NCBI GenBank assembly: GCA_004764695.1
Contig: SMSO01000035.1
Coordinates: 4,166,040-4,230,039 of the forward strand
Length of the DNA: 64,000 nt
Direction: 5' to 3'
From: Schizochytrium sp. TIO01
Taxonomy: Eukaryota > Protista > Bigyra: Labyrinthulomycetes
Part shown: positions 29,985 to 40,763 of the stretch, one piece after another
Layout of the letters: each line of letters starts with the position of its first letter
How positions within the stretch are numbered: the first letter of the stretch is position 1
The notes under the pieces: model-generated
The model's input: the letters and a program-made list of their open reading frames with translations, nothing else
Database searches by the model: none
Told to the model about the DNA's origin: nothing
Translations under genes and position numbers: made by a program

Positions 29985-32900
29985 TTTGTAGGTCTAATTG
30001 TGGTTCTGATATTGTTTCTTGATCCTCCTTGAATGGCAGTTCCTCAAGGGTGAGTCTCGAAGTAAGGTTAGCGACGAGCCCAAAAGTGCCTGACAAGACA
30101 ACCCCAGAACCCCCCAAAAGCCCCAAACCTCAGACCTCAGACCTCCTTCAAACCAGAGGCAGAACTACGCGCGTTGCTCTCTTCGTGAGACTAGACCCTC
30201 GCAAGCAACGAGCGTGATGTCAAGATTCCCAATCAATACGCTCCTAGGTCCAGGGCTAGCTCACTGCAACGACGAGCACGAATACACCGCTCCGCACAGA
30301 CCCGGGCTACTCCTCAGCAGCCAGCTTGATCGAGATGGGGCTTGCTCTGAAAGGACTTTTAAGAGTACTCTGGTCTCCTCACAACAGACGCACAGCGCCG
30401 CTCTGTGCTGTGCTCTGCCGCCGCAGGTACCAAGCCACCGGGCAGCCAAGCAAGCGAGCTTTACCTCCACCTTTCGCCTTTAGTTTTGCAACGAATCCAA
30501 TCGGTCAACCTTCAATTCTAGCACGTGGCCGAGCGCGTGAAAATTTTAGTGAGCGTGCGAACTTGCTTATGCTATAAGCCAGCTAAGTGCGCTAGTACTC
30601 CCCAGCTACCCAAAAAGCACCGCCGCGACCAGCTAAGCCGCCAAATTACTGCACGCAGGCAGGCAAGCAGGCAAGCAGGCAAGCAGCTCCAGCAGTTTAT
30701 GGAACCCCGCGTCCGTATCGAGCAGAATCTCCAAATGCCAAGCTGCTAGCCGCTTTAAGACGCGCTAGCCAGCGAGCTCTCGATGAACCCGGCTGGAGCA
30801 GCGCGTGCACAGCGAGGTTCCCACGCTCAGGCTTTCCTTGGAACGAGCTGGGCGGGGAAGAGGCCTCAGAGGTGGCGTGAGAGCGCTGCGACAGCCGCAG
30901 GGCTTGGCCGGGCCCTTCGGAGGCGAGAGGTCCAAGGTTCGAGCGGAGGGAGGGAGGGAAGGGCGCACGTGCCGCTTTTCCAGTGCAGAAAGAAGGTATC
31001 TCTTTTCCAAATAGAAAACTTATTTCTTTTCTTTCTTTCTTTTCTTTTCTTTTCTTTGTTTGTTTGTTTGTTGAACAAAGAGAGAGAGAGAAAAGGCAAT
31101 TGAGCGCGAGACCGAATCGAGCGAACCGAGGGCCTGGCTCCGCAGCGCTGCGCGGCAGCAGGTTCTCAGCGCGGAGATGAAGAAGGGCGTGCGTGCCCGC
31201 AGATACGACGCGGCCTCGCTTCCTCTGCGCCGGCCTCCTCAGCAAATCGACCGCGTAAACGCACCACGGCGGAGGCGCGAACTTGGGTGTTTGTCCTGGC
31301 GCTTTTCCAAGAGCTTTAAGGCCTCTTTTTAGGCCCCTTTTTTCTCTCTCTTTCGCCACAGTAAATACCATTTATGAGGTCCCTTTTATAAGGGAAAACA
31401 TAAGAGATCTCGTACACACATCGCCACGCCTCAGACTCTCACAATAACCCCCTATATTGCATTTGTTAGCACGGGGTGCGGTCGGCACGCGCATTGTGCC
31501 CCCCTGGGAAGACGACCTAGATGGACACTGAGGGTTCTAAAGTACCCCCGTTTAAAGAGTGTATGGAAGGGGATTATAAGGAGAATGGGGTGCAGAGAGG
31601 GAATTGTGCGCGATGGCGTCAAGCACGGAAATGCGACGGTTCTACAGGAATCCAATTTGGAGTAACGAGGGTGAATGAATGCGTGGGATGCGCGATAGAA
31701 GTGCGAGCATACGATGGGTGAAGTTGGGGTAGGATAGTGGCAGAGGCATTGTAATTTTTAGCGTGGAGGTGGTGGGCTATTGAGGGTGCATTGCGAGCAA
31801 TGGTCTGGTGAAAGTTAGGATCTGTTGAGAGGGGAAGATTGGCTTGAGGTCTTGAGCCCCAAGAATAATGGTCTGACGCTTTTGCATGTCTCTTCGCGTG
31901 CCCCTGATGGGAAATGTAAAGTGGGAATTAAAATTGTGGAGAATCAGAGATGGGACAGTGTTATTAATTGAGCTGAAGCATGCGCTACAAAGCGACGGCC
32001 GGAGGTGATTTGGTTAGCTTGTTTGACAAAGGAGAAATGGTCAAAAAGCAGACTTAGTCCTAAGGGCTGATGCAGATGAGCAATGAGGACTTACTTCAAC
32101 AGTTTACAAACATGTATGATACTTTCGTGAAGATGAGAAGTTTCAATATGTCCTACTGGAGACTGCCCAGCTTCGTGAATTAACTTCTGCTGACCTCATC
32201 GAATTATGTGGGCCATAGTGTATTTTGAATAACATTTCTTTGGCTTATGTCTTATAACTTCAAAGACTTCCAAATTGCAGTTTGGCTAGGCCCTCATGAA
32301 CCTTTTTGTGCTTGCTTAGACGAAGTTGAACTATTTGGGACAATAGTGCCTGATGACAGAACACAAATCCTACCACTGATTCTGAACTTGGTATACAGGT
32401 AATTGAATCTTCTTTGGCGCTTCATTATAAAAAGCTTTTCCATTGTGTCGAAATTAAATCCACTCAATTTGTTGTTGAAAGAATAGAAAGGTATTACTTC
32501 AAACTATGCAAATTAGTTGTGTACGGAAAGAAGAGCACACGCTTGAGAATTCCATTTGTAAGGTTGCTTTATCATAGAAATCTTAGAAGAAACCTGTGTT
32601 TAAAGAGTATCATTTGCGAAGCAGCATCTTCTTCATGAAGTTTTGCACAAAGTGCCGCAGCCGTGCCTACACGCAAAAATTGATAGACACTAGCAGCATA
32701 TTGAATTCATGAATCTGTGAGATTTTGGTTTAATGAGCTCTTTCTAGATTTGATTCAGCATAAAGCTTCATGACCCATGAATCCTGAATTATTTTCCGCT
32801 AGAAAATTTACTCTGCAACAAAAGACGACGTATTAATTTTCCTCTCAGATAGACCAACCATTCGAGTCCTCTATATATTCGAATTGCTGTCATAAATACC

Positions 32901-33953
32901 TGTCTCTATTATGATTCTCTACACATCCAGTCGCACTTGCTCTACTTCTCTAATTTTTTCCCTATTCGTTTATGGTCCCAATTAGAATGATATAATTGAT
33001 CGTCTTCAATACACCCTACGATTTGTGAAAACCAAATTGTGGCAAGTTCTTGAGGCGCCAGATCTCTGCACCTAAGCATTCAGGTATGACAAGCTTCTGG
33101 AATCTGATTTCCATTCTTAGCTAAGTGAATTGGCTAGTTTTTATATTCACTAATATATTCCGTAAATAGAAAGATACTTTGCATGTGTTCTATCCCCCAA
33201 AACGCTTAACTTTGCCTCCAGCAGAATTAGTCTTCAAATTAGTCTTTTATTGAGGACCAATTTGAGTTCAGGCACTTACACTACTGATCAGAAGTGCTCA
33301 TGTCAATCCTTCTACTTAGGTATCAACTTAAAAGTAATTACGTGTAAGTATAAACATCTAAATGATCATGAATGAACCTCTTATGTTCTACCGAGGCTTT
33401 TGGCCTTGGTACAGAAAGATCAAGAGACCAATTTGGTGAAATCGCTCGAGAGCCATAAAATTAGGAATATATTTTATTCCGCTCTAATAAGCGAGCCCTT
33501 GCCACAAGTAGGATGGCATCATCATAAATTCCCTGTCTCAAATATTTTTTTGCAATTGAGGAGAGATGAAGCTCGAGCTCTGTATATAAGAGTACCTACT
33601 GGATCATATAGAATGCCTGCTAAACTCGAAGTTAAACAATTCAATATTAGTATCAGCACTGCTTCTATTAGTAGTACTAGGTAGGTAATTATACATTTTC
33701 AATGCTAATCAATTATTTGTCCACTCAAACATTGGCGATCCGATTCCTCGGCCAAAACGTTAGAGGGGCCAAGAAAGGACTCCTCCGAATACTATCCTAG
33801 TTTGCCGGGGTCTGAAAGGACCAGTCTCTTTCGCCACAGACTCCAACGTATGCTTGCATGCCCATCCAGGATGTCGCTTGGAGGTCCCGCGAAAGGGATT
33901 CGAGCGGAAGACCTTACCTCGCAAGTCCCTTAAGGCTCGTAGGCCATTTCTCG

Positions 33954-36374
33954 ATGGCAAACGCGTGGAGCTTTGCCATTTTAGTCGTTGTCGTAAGCCA
34001 TTTTGTGCTGGGAAGAGCCCAAGAAAATAAAACTCTTAATGTGCAAACTCACCAGGAAATTGAGTTGAACCAGAATCCATGTTGTGTACGCGCCTTAAAA
34101 GATTGGAGCAGCTCCAATAAATTGATCATAGGAGGCGAGCAATTTGAACGAGACGTGCGGTGTTGCATCCAATCCGAACCAGATTGGCCTGAGGGTCACA
34201 TCATACTTGCTAAAACTCTGGCATATCATACACCAAGGACGGGCGTAAAGTCTGACCAAACTCTTCATGAGAACGCGTGGAGAGAACTTGCGCAGGCCGA
34301 GCGTCTTCTTAATGGAAATGCAACAAGCGATGTGTATTTCCACAAGGCTAATATTGCATCTAAGCTTGGCTTGCAGGAAGCCTCGCAACATGCTTATGAG
34401 GAGTGTCTTCGGGTGGATCCCTCTCATATGGTGTGCGGCAACAATCTTGCATGGGTTTACTACTTTGGGAAAGATAAAGAGAAAGGGTTACAGCTTATGA
34501 AAAGGATTACAGAGGTATATTCGCTTTGCGCAGCTTGCTTTTTCAACTATGGTTCTATGCTTCACTCCGATGGAGACCACCTGAAAGCTGAAGCTCAGTG
34601 GTTGCACGCTGTTCATATTGAACAGAACCTTTACAAGGCATGGGCTGCGATGGGCAACATTAATGCAGATCGAAGCCATACACACATTGCGCGTGATCAA
34701 TGGACAAAGGCTATTCAATTTGCGCGTGAAGCGAATGACGAAGCGTTTGCTGTGGCTGTAGAAATTCGCGCCGCTACTGTGTGCCCGCGAACTCTAGATT
34801 CTTTTACAGCTGCAGCAGATGCACGTGATCGATTCGAAGCGAATTTAGACACTCTTCTTGAAAAGTATGCTGATGGACTTACAAATCCTATTGATCCAGG
34901 CGAAGCTAATACAGACGTGGGATATTATTTCGTGTACCTTGGTTTCCCAAATACTGAAGTGCGGAAGAAACACATGAAGCTTTTGCGACAAGTGTCTCCT
35001 AGATTATCTGACTCAAACGGTGTGGTGAGCTCTTCGTTTCCACGGCAGAGCGTATGTAGAATGAAGGATGATGGAAAGTGTGCTTGCGGCTCGAGGTTGC
35101 AGTGGCTCCCTTCCCAGCAGCATGAAGGTGAGAAACCCATGAGAGTGGGTTTTCTCACAGAGTTTTGGCACGAGCACTCCGTCTCCAAGCTTATAAGAAA
35201 TATTGTGTTGGGACTCGCTGAAATTGGCAGCCGCGAGAACATCCAGGTAGCTCTTTTTGTTCTAGGAACTAAAAAGGCCCACCTTGACAGCATATCCAAA
35301 TCATTGCTAGAAAATGACAGCGTCGAAGTCATTTATATTGATTTGGGAGGTTTTGATGCCATTCAGCAAGTTGAGCATGCGCGCACCCAAGTCAGAGCTG
35401 CTCAGCTAGATGTCTTAGTTTTTCCGGAGCTTGGGATGGCCTCTAATACGTTATACATAGCCCACTCACGCATGGCACCCACTCAAATTGCTTTCTGGGG
35501 GCACCCTATCTCAGCAGGTTTAGGGGATACTATTGATCTTTTTGTAAACTCCGAGCTCTATGAGCGCGGCTGGCACCCTGCACGACATGGATCAAAGTAC
35601 GAGGAGGCAGTGTGGTTTATGAAAGGTCTGACGACGTGGTTTGATGAGCCACCTGTGTTGCCAGATATTTCTCCATCTGCTATTGCCTCGGCTCGTGAGC
35701 ACCTGCTAGGCTCTACCTCCAAGTCTGAACATATATATTTGTGCCCTCAGACTGCATACAAATTCCACCCTCTTATGGATCGTGCTCTGCTCAGTATTCT
35801 TGAGAAAGATAAACAAGGAGTATTGGTGCTTATAAATTCCAAACACCCCGAATGGATTCTGCAGATTAGAGATAGGCTTGCGTTGCAAAGGCCAGATCTC
35901 GTATCTCGGGTTCGCATTGTAAGTCAGCGTCATCGCGACGAGTTTATAGCTATGCTTGGCGCTGCAGACGTCCTGCTAGACACGTTCCCGTTTGGGGGTG
36001 GAGTGAGCCATTTTGAATCAATGTCAGCACATGCCCCTGTTATTGTTTTAAAACATGGTGTTCCATGGGTGCCTCAATTTGCACACGGCATCTACGAGTA
36101 CATGTTTAGATCTCTCGCTCCTGATGTTGCAAACGAACTCTCGGCGCATCTTATTGCTACCTCGGACCACGATTTTGCCCTCAAGGCGACCCGGCTTGGA
36201 AGTGACTTGGCTCTAAATCGCCGCGTGCGAGGCTACATTCGAGATGCCGTCACTGCATCCCATCTTTTCCGCAAACCTAGTGATACTCAAGCATGCGGAG
36301 CCTTTATTAACGAGTGGTTGCAAATGCTAAGATGTGCCACAGCTATCTCGAAATCGAGTATCTCACCAGCATAA
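33954..36374 (+). CDS. TPR-containing GT41 (OGT/SPINDLY/HMW1C-like) glycosyltransferase with predicted signal peptide
   Basis: TPR-like helices in the N-terminal third. GT41-like motifs RVGFLTEFWHEHSVSKL, LDVLVFPELGM, RMAPTQIAFWGHP, YLCPQTAYKFHP, ADVLLDTFPFGGG. The ATG at 33954 gives MANAWSFAILVVVVSHFVLGRAQE. An alternative in-frame ATG lies at 33858. Confidence 0.88.
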   Translation: MANAWSFAILVVVVSHFVLGRAQENKTLNVQTHQEIELNQNPCCVRALKDWSSSNKLIIGGEQFERDVRCCIQSEPDWPEGHIILAKTLAYHTPRTGVKSDQTLHENAWRELAQAERLLNGNATSDVYFHKANIASKLGLQEASQHAYEECLRVDPSHMVCGNNLAWVYYFGKDKEKGLQLMKRITEVYSLCAACFFNYGSMLHSDGDHLKAEAQWLHAVHIEQNLYKAWAAMGNINADRSHTHIARDQWTKAIQFAREANDEAFAVAVEIRAATVCPRTLDSFTAAADARDRFEANLDTLLEKYADGLTNPIDPGEANTDVGYYFVYLGFPNTEVRKKHMKLLRQVSPRLSDSNGVVSSSFPRQSVCRMKDDGKCACGSRLQWLPSQQHEGEKPMRVGFLTEFWHEHSVSKLIRNIVLGLAEIGSRENIQVALFVLGTKKAHLDSISKSLLENDSVEVIYIDLGGFDAIQQVEHARTQVRAAQLDVLVFPELGMASNTLYIAHSRMAPTQIAFWGHPISAGLGDTIDLFVNSELYERGWHPARHGSKYEEAVWFMKGLTTWFDEPPVLPDISPSAIASAREHLLGSTSKSEHIYLCPQTAYKFHPLMDRALLSILEKDKQGVLVLINSKHPEWILQIRDRLALQRPDLVSRVRIVSQRHRDEFIAMLGAADVLLDTFPFGGGVSHFESMSAHAPVIVLKHGVPWVPQFAHGIYEYMFRSLAPDVANELSAHLIATSDHDFALKATRLGSDLALNRRVRGYIRDAVTASHLFRKPSDTQACGAFINEWLQMLRCATAISKSSISPA

Positions 36375-37345
36375 ATATATTTGTTCAACTGTGAAGCTGT
36401 AAAACACGTAGAATATCTTTCAGTCCTTTCCTTTTATGAGTATTTAAAGAATAGAATAAACGAAGAGGTGTACAATGTAGATAGATACTTCTAAATGGTA
36501 ATGGGACTGTTATAAGCAGACATCATATCTGCTGTATGCTCACGCTTTGATTTATCGGCTGCTCAACTCTTTTCTGTCTCAAGGTCTAACCACCACGTGT
36601 CAAATTTAGTGCATTTTTAATTCGGACTGGGTACCAATGATTTCGGAAAAACCCCAACTTTCCACCAAATTTGATGATGATGATGATCTTTTTGGTAGGG
36701 CACCACGAAAGAGCTCGCCTCGAACATTTTGATCAAAAAATACCCATTTTAGTTTTGCTTTATTTTATATATGTACTTTTTACATCTTTTTTTTTTAATG
36801 AGTGACCCATGATGAAATTTGCAAATATTGGCTTATAATTGAAGGAAAAAGCAAAACATTCTGCATCCTGACAAGTCCTCATTTTAATTTTATTTTTTTT
36901 CATTCTGATCCGTTCACTGTCATATTGCTCGGCCTGCCATTGCCTTGACTATCTAGCCTGACCTGAGAGACTGATGATATATATGAATATCCCACTTCCT
37001 TTCTGAACATTAACATTGTTCTTCGATTCGTTGATTGTTTTTTTTTCCTCTCTTGAACTTCGAAGTGCTTTTCTTCTTTAAAATAATGATATTAATAAAT
37101 AGTGTCCCCAAGTAGTAGTAATAGTAATAGTAGTAATAATATATAGGCATAATATGAAAATTTCTTCGGAAAACCATTCTTCTCAAACCAAAGCCAAAAA
37201 GCTAAATATAAGCTTGTTGCTGGACCCGGGTTTCTGCCACGGAGTGTTTCGAAACCTCTTGCAGACCAAATATCGCGCGTGGGTGTGGAGCATCTCCGCA
37301 AAGTGCCACTTATCCCTGGTGCCTTTGACCTCGGATAGATTCGCA

Positions 37346-37816
37346 ATGGACAGCAGCGCAGCAGAAAAATGCTTCGACGCCTTCGATCGCGAGAACTGCG
37401 GCGTCCTGTCTCGTGAGCAAACCCAGTTCGCGATGGCGGCACTGATCGGAGTACGACCGCTTCAATTCGAGGTGGACCGCCTCGTGGAGGTTTCCCACTC
37501 TCCAGAGGGCGTCGATAAGGCCACCTTTGTGACAGTGATGACCAGCAAGCTCAAGGCCGTTGACAATGAGGATGTAGCTCGAATGTGCTTTACGCTATAC
37601 GACAGGAATTGCAGAGGATTCCTGCTCTACGAGGACCTCCTTTTGTGCTTCCGTGAGGTCATGCCAAACATTTCGCCCCAGCTCGTGAGAACTGCATTTC
37701 ATCTCGCAGACCGCGACGGCGACGGTCGCATCAGCTATGGTGAATTCGCAGCCATTCTCAACCGACACGGAGCCGCCAGCCTTCGAAGCCCGCCACGCGA
37801 GGACCTTCTGTCTTAG
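37346..37816 (+). CDS. Small calmodulin/centrin-like EF-hand protein (EFCAB11-like), 156 aa
   Basis: EF-hand-like loops DRENCGVLSREQ, DRNCRGFLLYED and DRDGDGRISYGE. AMAALIG.RP...EV resembles EFCAB11. The upstream in-frame extension to 37154 looks non-coding. Confidence 0.85.
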   Translation: MDSSAAEKCFDAFDRENCGVLSREQTQFAMAALIGVRPLQFEVDRLVEVSHSPEGVDKATFVTVMTSKLKAVDNEDVARMCFTLYDRNCRGFLLYEDLLLCFREVMPNISPQLVRTAFHLADRDGDGRISYGEFAAILNRHGAASLRSPPREDLLS

Positions 37817-38076
37817 GCAGGCAGCGTTGCCATTCATGCATGGCTTCGTCGAACACACATCACCACGAGAGGCATCCCACTTGCTTCGCGACTTATGCTG
37901 AAGCTCGTTTCCATGTCTGCTCAAAGGGCGCAGCGCAGCTTGCGTACATGTCTGTCTCCCAGCGCTGGGGGAGACGAGCTAGTTTCCATTCATGCCGGGG
38001 GATGCCACACGCCAAGACTCGCGCGGCGCGATTAAGCAGCAGCTTCGAGTTAGGAGCTGCCGCATTTGGTTTTATC

Positions 38077-38138
38077 TGGATCTTCATGGATCTTCATGGA
38101 TCTTCATGGGTCTTCATGGGTCTTCATGGATCTTCATG
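38077..38138. repeat. 10-bp tandem repeat (TGG[A/G]TCTTCA) x6
   Basis: Read directly. Confidence 0.95.
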
Positions 38139-38319
38139 CAGAGAGAATCTCTTGATTGAGTTTCTCTGAGCCCGCCGTAGTGATGATAGATACTCGTAGG
38201 TCCCCGGGCCTACTTACCAACTTAGGTGCATTTCAGTGGCTTGAGTTTTGCTCAGCATTTGCAGTTTTCAGCTGCTCACTCTATTGCTGCGACCCTGGCT
38301 GCAAGCTTCGTTCCAAATC

Positions 38320-38867
38320 CAGGTCTAGCTGGAGCTCTTCGAGGGTCTACCTAGAGCTTTCGAGGACCTAGCTGGAGCGAGCCATGTCTCGCTCTGCTGC
38401 GCCTCTGCAATCATCTCTTCCTCTGCACTCGAAACTTGCACGTGTGTGCCTATCTATCTATCCATCTATCTATTCATCTATATATAATATGCATAATTAT
38501 TATATATATTATCTGTTTAGACATATGGAGATATGTTATATATATATAGAGAGAGAGAGAGATTTGCAATACATGTATGTTTCTATCTTTTTATCTATAT
38601 ATATATGATTATATAATATATAAAATTGTTATTGTTATATATATTATATCTGTTTAGCTAATGGAGAGATAGTGTGCTGCATATCTATCGATAATACTTC
38701 CTTAGACCTCGCTACGTCGAGATGACTATCCGTTCCCCTCCCTGGGCAGCCATCAGCCGGGCGAGAGCTCCAGGTAGACCCGTGAAGCTCCAGGTAGACC
38801 CGGGAGAGCTCTAGCTAGACCCCGAGGAGCTCCAGGTAGACCCGGGAGAGAGCTCTAGCTAGACCTG
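38320..38867. mobile_element. Candidate non-autonomous foldback/MITE-like element (~550 bp) with modular imperfect terminal inverted repeats and AT-rich core
   Basis: The left arm 38320-38378 (CAGGTCTAGCTGGAGCTCT...GGGTCTACCTAGAGCT...CTAGCTGGAGC) matches the reverse complement of the right arm, which holds five ~21-bp units GAGCTC(C/T)AG(G/C)TAGACC at 38764-38867. The interior is TA/GA-rich. No clear target-site duplication. Confidence 0.5.
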
Positions 38868-39116
38868 CGCGTCGGAAGGCGCCCGACTCCAAGGCCAATT
38901 CGCCTCTAAGAGCTCCAGAAAGGTATTAGCGGTGCCTAGAGCGGCGCTACACTTCGCAAATGGACTCAGTCCGTGCAACGATGGATGGGAGAGAGAGTGC
39001 TGCTGAAGAGTGAGTGCGTGAGTGCGAGTGAGTGAGTGGGAAGTGTGATCGATCATGGCGTTACCAAAAGAAAGGTCTGTGGCTTTCCCCTCAGGAATGA
39101 GCGAACGAGAGAGCGA

Positions 39117-39164
39117 ATGAATCAATGAATCAATCAATAAATCAATCAATCCATCAATCAATCC

Positions 39165-39199
<35 letters not shown>
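39117..39199. repeat. (ATCA)n imperfect microsatellite
   Basis: Read directly. Confidence 0.93.
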
Positions 39200-39200
<1 letters not shown>

Positions 39201-40338
39201 ATGGATGGATCGAAGGAATGGACGCGGTCATCTGCGCAGCCAGCCCTTCGCGGCGCAGGAAAGCACGAAGCGAGTGAGCTCCAGGCTCAGGAGTGGAACG
39301 AACGGCGGCCTTTCTGGCGGTCGAGCAGCTGATTGGTTGATCGATGATGGCGCATTGGTGAGCGGGAATTGATTTTTTTTATTAAACCCGAGAGCGCACA
39401 AAATGGAAGCGCAGGGAAAGCAGCCCTTGTTGAAGAGAGGGCCTCGCGCGTAGCCCAGAGCGCCCCGGGGCGCGTGGAGAGGGAAGATTAGACACCCACG
39501 ACGGGGCCTTTCATAGGCCGGCACTCGAATAAGCTTGGGTTTCTGCGTTTTCGTTTTTCGCTTCGTTCCTTGTGTTTCGTCTGAGTTTCTAGTTACTTAC
39601 CTTCGGGATTCATCGTATCTACGTCTATTAATTCATTCATTTTTAATTTAATTGAAGAAACATGAAATCATGGGGTTTAATTGAAATTACATCCAAGCGG
39701 CAGCAGGCAGGCAGGCAGTGAGTGGGCAGTTGGTAGAAGATAGGAGCAGCTATCTCCTTACTTCAGTAGTTTCCTAAAGTTGGATCAGATCCTGACCTGT
39801 ACGCAAAGAAGGAAGGAAGCGAAGGCGGTTTCCAGCGCAGCTTCGTGGGTAGGAACTAACGAGGTGCCCACCCTTTCTTCCTCCCTTTTTTTCTCACTTT
39901 AATTAATTTTTAATTATTTTTGTAATAAATTAGAAAGTTAATGTTAGTTCTTGTTCATTTTGCAGGTAGGAGGTACCTAGCACTGCCTAGCATCGGCACG
40001 ATGATGATAACGATGATGATGATTGAAGAGTATTATGATCGACAATAATAAGAAGCAGTTCTGACGGTGAAAAGATGCGTGAGTTTGGCACATCTGTGTT
40101 CAAGAATCGTAACCAACTCGAAACGGAGAACTCACTCGAAGCGATGCGAAGTTGAAGATCGCCTCGAGCACGAAGCCCAAGTCGAAATGGGCATAAGCTC
40201 AAGATTCCAGCTCCAGAAGAAGGCCAAGAGCGCGATGCACTGCACGCACCTCTTGACACGCGTACGTAGCACCTACGTACCTTCGACGGCGCCTTCGTAA
40301 TGGCTGTCCTGTGCATTTGTCACGAATCAATGGATGTG

Positions 40339-40430
40339 TGAATGATTGAATGATTGAATGATTGAATGTATGAATGTATGAATGTATGAATGTTATGAAT
40401 GTATGAATGTAGGAATGTAGGAATGTAGGA
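40339..40430. repeat. Compound 8-bp repeat TGAATGAT / TGAATGTA / GGAATGTA
   Basis: Graded tandem octamers read directly. Confidence 0.88.
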
Positions 40431-40723
40431 AGGAGTGCGTAAATAAATATGTGCAAAACGTCGTGGCCAGAATCGTCGAAACCGATCCTCGAGGTATTGG
40501 AGAACCCGGACTTTACGCAAACGAAGTTGCCGAACGAAGAGCTTCAAGGCCGATCGTGAAGCGCAGTGAGCGGAGCAGCCGGGTCTAGCCAGGCCGCGGA
40601 GAGCTGCTTCGCCGTGGGCTGCAGGTCCAGGTAGGTCAGAACTTGGCGAACTTGGCGAACGAACGAACGAGCGAACTGAACGCCCGCCTGGTCACTCAAC
40701 CGAAGACCTCGAAACGCTCGTAA

Positions 40724-40728
40724 GCAGC

Positions 40729-40762
<34 letters not shown>
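40724..40762. repeat. (GCA)n trinucleotide repeat, not in a supported CDS
   Basis: Read directly. Confidence 0.9.

Positions 40763-40763
<1 letters not shown>

Noticed and set aside
30214-31371. Several GC-rich ORFs up to 224 aa upstream of the RhoGEF gene
   Set aside because: They translate through simple repeats, have no domain signal, and sit where the promoter/5' UTR is expected.
39593-39612. TACTTACCT as a possible U1 snRNA 5' end
   Set aside because: No U1 stem-loops or Sm site follow. It is simply the complement of a GTAAGT donor-like motif.
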